Below the pieces are notes generated by a model that ran no database searches, was not told where the DNA came from, and worked only from the letters and a program-made list of their open reading frames with translations. A stretch of DNA of 64,000 nt from Eubacteriales bacterium (lineage in GTDB: Bacteria > Bacillota > Clostridia > Christensenellales > UBA1242), in the NCBI GenBank assembly GCA_018384735.1, contig JAHAXB010000022.1, forward strand, positions 1,936 to 65,935. Direction: 5' to 3'. This document shows, in pieces, positions 27,960 through 35,604 of this stretch. A program made the position numbers and the translations under genes. Each line of letters starts with the position of its first letter. Position 1 is the first letter of the stretch.

Positions 27960-28612
27960 AATCTTGCCAATAACAACAAATCAAAAGTGTTGACCAAATT
28001 GCAATTAGCGTCAAAGTTACGCGCAATTTTAGCCAACGCTTGGTAAATGGCTAATTTCTTTTGCGGTGCGAAATCTGCTGCTGCCAAGGCCTTGTTTAAT
28101 TCGTCCATGGCCAAGGTCAAGTTTTCGGGCTTGGCTAAAACAGGCAAAGCAGCCATCGCAGTGTCAATGTTCTTGGCGTTCATGAATGTTTGTGCGGCTT
28201 GCTTAATTGCAGAGTAGTCCGGATTGTTCGCCGCCATTTGTTTCAAGGTTTGGTTCTCTTTTGTTTGTTGATATTTAATTATGCAACGACTGCGTACGGT
28301 CGGTAAAATACGTTCCAGATTTTGGCACAAAAACAAAACCGTGGTGTTAGTAGCCTCCTCAATGGTTTTTAATAATTTGTTCTGGGCATTGGTGTTCATC
28401 AATTCGGCTTGAAAAACAATGAACAATTTCTGGTTCGCAACCGCCGATAAATTAAACTGGTTCACCATATCGTTGATTACGTCGACGGTAATTTCTTTTT
28501 TATCCGGATTTTTTTTAATCCAAAAAACATCGCACGGGTTGTACGACTTTGCGTATTCCAAAGCTTCGCGCTCGGCTAATACAGGGTCGTTGGTTACGAT
28601 TAGGTAATTCAT
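27956..28612 (-). CDS. holB: DNA polymerase III delta'-like clamp-loader subunit (short)
   Basis: AELMNTNAQNKLLKTIEEATNTTVLFLC...LPTVRSRC (sensor motifs). No Walker A. Immediately downstream of tmk, as in Firmicutes. Confidence 0.6.
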   Translation of the reverse strand: MNYLIVTNDPVLAEREALEYAKSYNPCDVFWIKKNPDKKEITVDVINDMVNQFNLSAVANQKLFIVFQAELMNTNAQNKLLKTIEEATNTTVLFLCQNLERILPTVRSRCIIKYQQTKENQTLKQMAANNPDYSAIKQAAQTFMNAKNIDTAMAALPVLAKPENLTLAMDELNKALAAADFAPQKKLAIYQALAKIARNFDANCNLVNTFDLLLLARF

Positions 28613-29277
28613 TATAACCCCAACTCGGCTTTAATCTTTTCGTGGATTTCGTCCGGTGTTAAAATCTCGCCGAAATCATTGACGCATTGAATCTTGGACC
28701 AACCAAACATTTCACAGGCCTCTAAGCCGGCGTTGTAAGCATTCGACAAATGGTTGTAATTTGCTTCGTGAATATCCTTGGTAAATTCGTCGCCAATTTT
28801 TAATTGCTCGCGTTTACTGATTAACTCCATGGCCTTGTCGGTCGGTAAGTCCAAGAAAATCACTTTGTCGGTGCGAGGTAGTTTCAATACATTAAACTCG
28901 AAATCGTCCACCCAACGAACCAAATTTTCGCGTTCTTTTTTACCTTGAATTTTGCCGGCTTGGTGTAACATGTTGGATTGTACATAACGATCAAATAACA
29001 CAATCGCATCCGGTTTTAAGGTCGGCAACAACTTGGTCATTTTGCAGATACGGTCGGCCGCAAACAGGGTGCTGGCTTGGTAAGCATCCAAAATGTTGGG
29101 ATCGTCGCCGAACTCGCCCGATAAGTACATTTTCACCGGACCTGAACTTGGGCTGTCGTAATCCGGAAAGGACACAATGTGCACATCCGCACCTTTGGAT
29201 TTTAAGTAGTCATACAACTTTTTAATTTGAGTTTTTTTACCAGAACCGTCGGTTCCTTCAATTGCATAAAATTTCAT
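28612..29277 (-). CDS. tmk: thymidylate kinase
   Basis: FYAIEGTDGSGKKTQ P-loop and a DRY motif (FDRYVQS). Confidence 0.9.
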   Translation of the reverse strand: MKFYAIEGTDGSGKKTQIKKLYDYLKSKGADVHIVSFPDYDSPSSGPVKMYLSGEFGDDPNILDAYQASTLFAADRICKMTKLLPTLKPDAIVLFDRYVQSNMLHQAGKIQGKKERENLVRWVDDFEFNVLKLPRTDKVIFLDLPTDKAMELISKREQLKIGDEFTKDIHEANYNHLSNAYNAGLEACEMFGWSKIQCVNDFGEILTPDEIHEKIKAELGL

Positions 29278-29309
29278 AACTCATTTATTATAAAGCATAA
29301 TCATGGAAA

Positions 29310-29882
29310 ATGGCACTATTTTTTTTAGTGATGATGATTGCGTCTTGCGTTTGGTTATTGTTCACAAAGCCAGACGCAATTTTAGCCACATCTTTGAACG
29401 CAGTTACGGAGTCCTTATTGCTGGCAGTTACCTTGGCGGGAATCTATATCTTTTGGATGGCACTGGCTGAGATTGCTACACGGTCTGGCTTAATTGATAA
29501 AATTGCTAAACTGTTAAAAAAGCCCATTAAGTTTTTGTTTGGTAAACAAAGCGATGAGGTCAATAACTATGTGGCAACTAACATTGCAGCAAACATGATT
29601 GGCGCCTCGGGGGCTGCTACGCCGGCTGCGATTTCCGCGATTGAGCATATGGCGACGCCGGAGCAAACCAAAGCTTCGCCACCCATGATTATGTTGTTTA
29701 TTTTGGCCGCCACATCGTTGCAGTTAATTCCGACGACAATCATTGGAATATTGCAAGCCAACGGCAGCGCGGATCCAGCGCGAATCATTTTACCGACTTT
29801 TATTGTGTCGCTGTGTTCGACCGTTCTTGGAGTAATCTTGGTAAAAATCTTTTGTCGGGAACGTAAGAAGGGTGGTCGCTGA
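29310..29882 (+). CDS. spmA: nucleoside-recognition-domain membrane protein (SpmA-like)
   Basis: Polytopic membrane protein with NIAANMIGASGAATPAAISAI, paired with a SpmB-like neighbour. Confidence 0.6.
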   Translation: MALFFLVMMIASCVWLLFTKPDAILATSLNAVTESLLLAVTLAGIYIFWMALAEIATRSGLIDKIAKLLKKPIKFLFGKQSDEVNNYVATNIAANMIGASGAATPAAISAIEHMATPEQTKASPPMIMLFILAATSLQLIPTTIIGILQANGSADPARIILPTFIVSLCSTVLGVILVKIFCRERKKGGR

Positions 29883-30388
29883 TGGCGTTGTACATTGTTC
29901 CGTTGTTTATCATTTTCATTTTTGTTTATGCAGGTTGTAAGGGAACCGATACTTATAGTGCTTTCGTAAAAGGCGCTAAAGACGCCATTGCTTTGATTTG
30001 GGATATTTTGCCGTACATTGTTGCCATCTTGGTGGCGGTTAAATTATTTGAAGCGTCGGGCTTGCTGCTGATTATTTGCAACTTTGTATCTCCAGTGTTC
30101 CGCCTCTTTGGTATTCCGAATGAACTGGCACATTTTGTCTTCTTGAAACCATTCAGTGGAGCGGGGTCAATCGCACTGTATAATGAAATTATAACCATGT
30201 ACGGACCCGACAGTTATATTTCCCGTGTCGCCAGTATTATCGCCGGTAGCAGTGATACAGTTTTTTATATTGCAACGATTTACTTTTCGAAAACTAATGT
30301 TAAGAAGTTGGGATTTGCTATTCCGATTGCTTTGATTTGTACATTCTTTTCTGCGGTCTTGGCTGCTTGGGTTTGTCGCATTTTCTAA
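29882..30388 (+). CDS. spmB: spore-maturation-protein-B-like membrane protein
   Basis: Polytopic membrane protein, start overlapping the spmA stop (TGATG). LKPFSGAGSIAL motif. Confidence 0.6.
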   Translation: MALYIVPLFIIFIFVYAGCKGTDTYSAFVKGAKDAIALIWDILPYIVAILVAVKLFEASGLLLIICNFVSPVFRLFGIPNELAHFVFLKPFSGAGSIALYNEIITMYGPDSYISRVASIIAGSSDTVFYIATIYFSKTNVKKLGFAIPIALICTFFSAVLAAWVCRIF

Positions 30389-30444
30389 CCCAAAAAAATC
30401 CTATTTGCAAATTATTGTTGGTTGTGTTATGCTAATGGAGTTAA

Positions 30445-30520
30445 GCCTTCGTAGCTCAGTCGGTAGAGCAAGAGACTGAAAATCTCTGTGTCCGTGGTTC
30501 GATTCCGCGCGAAGGCACCA
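30445..30520 (+). tRNA. tRNA-Phe (GAA), CCA encoded; integration target of the element
   Basis: Hand-folded 76-nt cloverleaf. Acceptor gccttcg/cgaaggc, anticodon stem agaga/tctct with loop ctGAAaa, T arm cgtgg-ttcgatt-ccgcg. Confidence 0.9.
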
Positions 30521-30523
30521 AAC
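30474..30523 (+). repeat. attL core (3' 47 nt of tRNA-Phe plus 3 nt)
   Basis: gactgaaaatctctgtgtccgtggttcgattccgcgcgaaggcaccaaac, identical to 46195-46244. Confidence 0.85.
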
Positions 30524-30545
30524 CACAACTGATAGTTGTATTAAG

Positions 30546-30570
30546 CCTAGTGAACACCACTAGGTTTTTT
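30546..30570 (+). terminator. element-supplied terminator for the reconstituted tRNA-Phe
   Basis: cctagtg-aacac-cactagg hairpin followed by TTTTTT. Confidence 0.6.
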
Positions 30571-30595
30571 GTTTGGTGCCAGTTTTCGTGCAAAA

Positions 30596-30616
30596 TTTGG
30601 GTCAATTTTTGGGTCA
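30596..30616 (+). repeat. tandem TTTGGGTCA repeats (candidate integrase arm sites, left arm)
   Basis: TTTGGGTCA at 30596 and 30608 (12-bp period). The same pair with the same spacing occurs at 46086 and 46098. Confidence 0.45.
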
Positions 30617-31945
30617 AAATTCGGGGTACCAATCGCCCCAAATATTCTGAATGTCTTCTTTTTTAATTGTGATATCCAAAGTAGTGTAGATATCGAATGT
30701 TAGTTTGATGGTTGAATGTCCCATAAGATATTGATGGCGTTTGGGGTCTGTGCCGAGATAATAAACATTACTTGAGAATGTGTGGCGCAGGCTATGTGTT
30801 GTTTTATCCGGGATGCCAATCTTTTTTAAGTAGCGACTAATTTGGGTCGCCACGTGGTGTGGTGTTACTTTGAACATATTGGGCCAATCATCTTTGATGT
30901 AATCGCAAAATTTTTGTGACAGTGGAATATAGGTTGTTTTAACACCGGAGTATTCTGTTTTTTTGCGGTTGATTTTAGCGATACATTGCTCAAAGTTGAT
31001 TTCGGCAGTAAAGGCTTCTTCAAGACGACAGCCGGTAAACAGGTAAAACAAAATTTCCTTACTGAAAATAGAATCATCCAAATGTTGTTTTAGTAATTTT
31101 TGTTCCTCGAGGTTTAACCACGTTTTTGGTTTACCACAGCGTTTTTGTGAGAACGGATTTTTTAAGCTTGCAATTGGATTGGTTTTGATAGTTCCTTTCT
31201 CAAACTCATTTGCAAACACACGCCTAATTAAGAAATAACAATAAGCACCAGTACGGTGTTGTGTGATCGTAAACAAAAACTTGGTGATATCGTCTTTAGT
31301 GTAGGTTGTAATTGGCCGATTAAGTTTTTCAACGCGCTTTAACGCTTGTTTGTAATGCCAAGCCGATTCTGGCTTAATCATTTTGGTTTTTACCTCACCC
31401 ATAATAATGCTTTCGTAATAATCATTGGCAAGGTGTGACAATTTCAAATCGGTTTTAGTTGGTATTGCATTCTTGAGTTTAGACTTGATTTGCTTTTTTA
31501 TTTCACTAATTTTTTTAGTTAAGTTTTCCAAGTCACTATCAATCACTTGGTATCTAACACCGTTAATCATTTTGCGCCATTCGTAACGGCCATCTGATCT
31601 AATGCGGGCATTCTTAATTTTTTCAATGCGTTTCAATTCTTCTGCCTCCTGTGTTTTAGATTCAGAAGAATTTGCCGGTTTAACCGTGTTTAAGTTGTCA
31701 AGGTTCGTTATCCTCTCGAAAATGTCGTGATACATTTCGAGTGAATTAGTAAGTGAAGAGTGGGAGTTGCGTTCATAAAGAGCCCCGAGGTTTACAAACA
31801 AACTAATTGCATTTTGTTCTTGCTTACGGTGTATTGCCTCAATTTGGCAATGTTCCGCTTTCATTTCGTTGAGGTATAGTTTCCCAATATTGATAATCGC
31901 TTCATCCATTAAGATAAAAATAACGATTGGGGAAAAGTACTTCAA
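30614..31945 (-). CDS. int: tyrosine-type site-specific integrase
   Basis: C-terminal catalytic motifs TGCRLEE (Arg), HSLRHTF (HxxR) and LMGHSTIKLTFDIYT (His...Tyr). Adjacent to attL. The start is a TTG. Confidence 0.85.
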   Translation of the reverse strand: MKYFSPIVIFILMDEAIINIGKLYLNEMKAEHCQIEAIHRKQEQNAISLFVNLGALYERNSHSSLTNSLEMYHDIFERITNLDNLNTVKPANSSESKTQEAEELKRIEKIKNARIRSDGRYEWRKMINGVRYQVIDSDLENLTKKISEIKKQIKSKLKNAIPTKTDLKLSHLANDYYESIIMGEVKTKMIKPESAWHYKQALKRVEKLNRPITTYTKDDITKFLFTITQHRTGAYCYFLIRRVFANEFEKGTIKTNPIASLKNPFSQKRCGKPKTWLNLEEQKLLKQHLDDSIFSKEILFYLFTGCRLEEAFTAEINFEQCIAKINRKKTEYSGVKTTYIPLSQKFCDYIKDDWPNMFKVTPHHVATQISRYLKKIGIPDKTTHSLRHTFSSNVYYLGTDPKRHQYLMGHSTIKLTFDIYTTLDITIKKEDIQNIWGDWYPEF

Positions 31946-31959
31946 TAAGCGTCAGTAAA

Positions 31960-32412
31960 TTATTTAGTCATTCTTTTGTTCTGCACATTATATGGTTGAT
32001 TTTGTTTTGCCTTTTCTAGTTCTTGTCCGTGACGGAATGCAGTCTCAATAGAATCGTTAACGCCCTGTAATCCGTCTATATAAGCCATAACCTTAGTCTG
32101 CTGTAATTCGTCAAGACTCTCAATGCGGGCCAATAGCGGGCTTGTGGTGGCGTTATTTGAGGTATTTTGCGCGGTTACAGATTGTTTTTCGCGGCCGACT
32201 AGGTAATCTAATGATACATTAAAATAATTGGCAATTTTTATAAGGGCATCGTAACTTGGCTTTGCTTTTCCAATCCGCCATGAATAAATACTACCGAGTG
32301 TAATGTTCATCTCTTTTTCGAGCTGTCTTTCGCTTATATTTTGTTGCTCAATGTAATTTTTAATTTTGACAAAAATTGGTTGCAACGATTTAATGTTTTC
32401 TTCGTTATTCAT
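31960..32412 (-). CDS. XRE-family HTH repressor (CI-like, no S24 peptidase domain)
   Basis: N-terminal HTH ISERQLEKEMNITLGSIYSWRIGKAKPSYDALIKIANYFNVSLDYL. SD is GGAGG. It is divergent from the rightward operon and upstream of int. Confidence 0.75.
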   Translation of the reverse strand: MNNEENIKSLQPIFVKIKNYIEQQNISERQLEKEMNITLGSIYSWRIGKAKPSYDALIKIANYFNVSLDYLVGREKQSVTAQNTSNNATTSPLLARIESLDELQQTKVMAYIDGLQGVNDSIETAFRHGQELEKAKQNQPYNVQNKRMTK

Positions 32413-32440
32413 TGTACCTCCATGTGTAAATTCTGATAAA

Positions 32441-32478
32441 AATGGTTGACAATATCAGAATATTCTTATAACCTGCAA
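32441..32478. promoter_or_regulatory. divergent overlapping promoters sharing a palindromic operator AGAATATTCT
   Basis: Plus strand: TTGACA (32446-32451), 15 nt, TATAAC (32467-32472). Minus strand: TTGCAG (32478-32473), 18 nt, TATTGT (32454-32449). A perfect 10-bp palindrome at 32457-32466 lies in both spacers. Confidence 0.5.
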
Positions 32479-32647
32479 TTAAGGCAGACAGGTCGCCGCT
32501 ATGCGATACCGGAACCGGAGTAAGCCTGTGTGTATTCCCCCAAGTATACACAAAAAGAGCATACCCCCGGACGGGCATTTGGACGACACCATAATGTAGC
32601 ATGACGGCGGGCTGGTTGTCAAAAACTCTGGGGGACTGGAGAATGAA
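32473..32647 (+). other. G+C-rich 5' leader of the rightward operon (structured RNA candidate)
   Basis: About 175 nt with no convincing ORF, visibly GC-richer than the element. Hairpins ccgg-aa-ccgg and tgtgtat-N10-atacaca. Shares the motifs CTGGGGGAYTGG and GACTGGAGA with 39830-39890. Confidence 0.3.
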
Positions 32648-34129
32648 TTGGAAATCTTACGAAAACTTGGTTTAGTATCGGTAATTTTTCTTGGTTTAAT
32701 GGGCTTAGTTATTGATATAGGCTTTGTTTTTTTCTGTTACTTTAATCAGAATACAACAACTGATAACTTTAACATTAACGGGCAGGCTCCTGTGGATGTA
32801 AAGGAATTGAAGGATAGTAAGAATTTGAGTGATGATGAAATTAATGATTTAGAAAATCGCAAATTATTTGAGGTCAATTTATATTCCAATTTTGATAAAT
32901 CGGAATCGGGCAAAAGGAGTGGAGTAGTTCTTGAAGAATTAAAAATAAACCACTTCATCGATTCTAGTTTATCTGCTGATAGTATTGTTTCGTCAGGTAT
33001 GCAATACATTAGCGATTATGATGGACGCAAGGGATTATACTTAACATCGCCAACGGCGGTTAATAAATCAATTCTAGATACTGAATACATTCAAAAAAAC
33101 GTAAACAAACTCCGAAATTGGGAAAATGACAATTCGGTTAATCTGGTGGAATTTTCTTATTTTAATAAAACCACTAATAGAATTTATTGTCCTACAAGTG
33201 AAAAGGAATTTAAGAGTAAGAATGAGGCAGATAGCTATATTCCACAAGAATTTAATTATTATGAACGTGCAGGATTAGATGGGGTTAATTGGAATGCTAT
33301 GGGGTTGCAAACTCAATTAAATCGTAATACCGAATTGATTATTAGAATTGGTGATGATAATAATAAAGCTTATAAAATCAAGTTGGATAAGTATTTGGAT
33401 ACAACTTATGACAATACGCCAAAAAAATTCCTTGAATTTTTTGATGTAACTAGATGGTTTGATAAAGGTGGTCGAATTCAATATTACAATTGGGACAATG
33501 TATTTGAGGATATTATGCACGCTGTCTTAACCAATCATTTGCAATCTGGTACACATTACGCTGCCGTAAATTTAACCAAATATTTTACTGTAACAGAGCA
33601 TTACAATACTGAGACTGAGTATTGGGAGCCTGCCAGTGGTGCCGATCAGCAAATTCTCTATGCTGTAATCAAGTATACTTACCACACTAATGGTGCCGTA
33701 TCAAAAGCGCAATCATTATTTAATGTAATTAACAATGATCCTCGATTTGATACTAGGACGGTGACATATGACACAAGCTTTGGTCAAGCAGAGGTAGTGT
33801 TAAATTTGACAAATGATACTTTATCAAAACGCTATTCGGACGCGTACAATGGGTATTTGGTGAGTTTATCCATTGACATGCAACGCAAACTGAATGAAAT
33901 GCCACCATACATTGTCAATGTCAATTTGGATTTAGATAAAAAATTAGATGGTAAGTCAATCGTAGGCTTGGATGTTAATGCATTTGACGGATTTGAATTA
34001 GGACAATTATCAATTGAAGGTAGTGGTGATTTTTATTTATTAAACAATAGTTTACGCAATTCAAATGTAGAGTTAAAGGTGGCAAAGACTGTGAATGTTA
34101 TCGATATAAAATCGGGGGTAGTATTATGA
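32648..34129 (+). CDS. hypothetical N-terminally membrane-anchored protein (493 aa)
   Basis: TTG start 6 nt after GGAG. TM LGLVSVIFLGLMGLVIDIGFVFFCY is followed by an Asn/Asp/Tyr-rich ectodomain. AT-rich codon usage. Confidence 0.6.
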   Translation: MEILRKLGLVSVIFLGLMGLVIDIGFVFFCYFNQNTTTDNFNINGQAPVDVKELKDSKNLSDDEINDLENRKLFEVNLYSNFDKSESGKRSGVVLEELKINHFIDSSLSADSIVSSGMQYISDYDGRKGLYLTSPTAVNKSILDTEYIQKNVNKLRNWENDNSVNLVEFSYFNKTTNRIYCPTSEKEFKSKNEADSYIPQEFNYYERAGLDGVNWNAMGLQTQLNRNTELIIRIGDDNNKAYKIKLDKYLDTTYDNTPKKFLEFFDVTRWFDKGGRIQYYNWDNVFEDIMHAVLTNHLQSGTHYAAVNLTKYFTVTEHYNTETEYWEPASGADQQILYAVIKYTYHTNGAVSKAQSLFNVINNDPRFDTRTVTYDTSFGQAEVVLNLTNDTLSKRYSDAYNGYLVSLSIDMQRKLNEMPPYIVNVNLDLDKKLDGKSIVGLDVNAFDGFELGQLSIEGSGDFYLLNNSLRNSNVELKVAKTVNVIDIKSGVVL

Positions 34130-34656
34130 AGAAATTTTGGGCGTATACGGCAGTTATAGCCATCTCTATTGTGTTAGCATGTTCGGGAGTTTTTTGCGGT
34201 ATTTCCTGGTTTAAGAAAGCTCATGCCAAAAGTCATATCATTGGTACATTAGATTTTGATAACAGATATACAATGGAAAGTTTTAGTTTTTCGAATGCAA
34301 AACACCCAATCACATTTGATCACGATGAGGGAAATCTTACTGATTGGTATTTTGAGGATGAATTAGAAAAGGTACCGACTTTTGACGGCGACAAAAAACA
34401 ATATGAAATTGAGTTAAATAATTATTTAATTTTGGACGCAAAAATAATGTTCCGGCGTGTTTCGTTTGATGTATCAATGAACTACCGCGATCTTGATGCA
34501 AGTATTAAATGCGAAGGTAGTTTTAACATTATGATAAGTTTCTTTAACGATAAAACAATGATCAGAATCGAAACGCGTGGAGATAAATTCCGTCAATTTT
34601 TAGAGCAATATATTTTAGAAAATGGCTTTGAATTGTTTATTAAGGAGGTAAAATAA
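34126..34656 (+). CDS. hypothetical N-terminally membrane-anchored protein (176 aa)
   Basis: Start overlaps the upstream stop (ATGA). TM FWAYTAVIAISIVLACSGVFCGISWF. Confidence 0.6.
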   Translation: MKKFWAYTAVIAISIVLACSGVFCGISWFKKAHAKSHIIGTLDFDNRYTMESFSFSNAKHPITFDHDEGNLTDWYFEDELEKVPTFDGDKKQYEIELNNYLILDAKIMFRRVSFDVSMNYRDLDASIKCEGSFNIMISFFNDKTMIRIETRGDKFRQFLEQYILENGFELFIKEVK

Positions 34657-34657
34657 A

Positions 34658-35584
34658 ATGAAAGGCATTGTTTGGAGAATCGTAGGGGTAGTATTGAGTG
34701 CCATTGTAATTGGTGCATTTGTGTTTTGCGCGATTTGGACGGTCCGAAATTGGAGGACTGTTCATGCTTCGTTGGATGGTACCAATATTTATACCGCGGC
34801 GGATGTTAAGAAAGCCGAAGAAGAAGCATGGGCTAAGGCGGCATTAAGCGAAGCAGAAAAAGACAAGACCATTGATGACCTGCGTGAGGTTATTTCAGGA
34901 CTTCAGGTTACGTATTCTAATGAAAAAGATAAAATGCAAAAAACATTGGATGAATACATCTATATCTTTAACTCATTAAAAAATTCGGTTGAAAATACAC
35001 AATTAAATGAACAATCCATCTTGGTGTTTATTGCCGATGATAAGGTTGTCGATGTTCGCGCCGTTGAAAATAATTCAATCTTCACCGGGGAAATTCAAAC
35101 ACCAACCAAAGAGGGATACCATTTTATCGGATGGTCACTGAATGGTGTAGATGTGATTGATTTGTCGACATATGAATTCGCGCAGAACACCACCTTAACT
35201 GCCGTCTTTGAAATTAACACCTACACAATTAAATTTATCGCGCGCTACGGCGATAATGAAGTGAATTGCGGGGAGACGCAAATCGCACACGGCGGATTGG
35301 TCTCGCCAAGTGAAATTTCTTTGTTTAATCAATCGGCGGTGAATTTTGGTAAAACAATTCCGGTTAAAAATAATGAAACTGTTGAATTTAATGGGTGGAC
35401 AACCAATGGCTATGTCCGAACCGTGTATGCAGATGACGGAACAGCTTGCTGGGATCCAACTATTGATTTTAGTGAGTATCAAATTAAATCAGATACTGAG
35501 ATTGTGGCTTATTATTTAATCAACTGCGGAAATATTAACGACATTGGAGATAAGCCGGTTATCCTGGATAATTTAAACAGGTAA
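34658..35584 (+). CDS. membrane-anchored protein with Listeria-Bacteroides (InlB B-repeat-like) repeat domains
   Basis: SD AAGGAGG. N-terminal TM. Also PTKEGYHFIGWSLNG...NTTLTAVFEINTYTIKF, with a second copy VEFNGWTTNGY...DTEIVAYY. Confidence 0.6.
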   Translation: MKGIVWRIVGVVLSAIVIGAFVFCAIWTVRNWRTVHASLDGTNIYTAADVKKAEEEAWAKAALSEAEKDKTIDDLREVISGLQVTYSNEKDKMQKTLDEYIYIFNSLKNSVENTQLNEQSILVFIADDKVVDVRAVENNSIFTGEIQTPTKEGYHFIGWSLNGVDVIDLSTYEFAQNTTLTAVFEINTYTIKFIARYGDNEVNCGETQIAHGGLVSPSEISLFNQSAVNFGKTIPVKNNETVEFNGWTTNGYVRTVYADDGTACWDPTIDFSEYQIKSDTEIVAYYLINCGNINDIGDKPVILDNLNR

Positions 35585-35604
35585 TATAGAGGGAGTAAAA
35601 TAAG

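Noticed and set aside
32405-32602. 65-aa minus-strand ORF spanning the left switch and leader.
   Set aside because: It overlaps the repressor start and both promoters. It has no SD and an implausible sequence.
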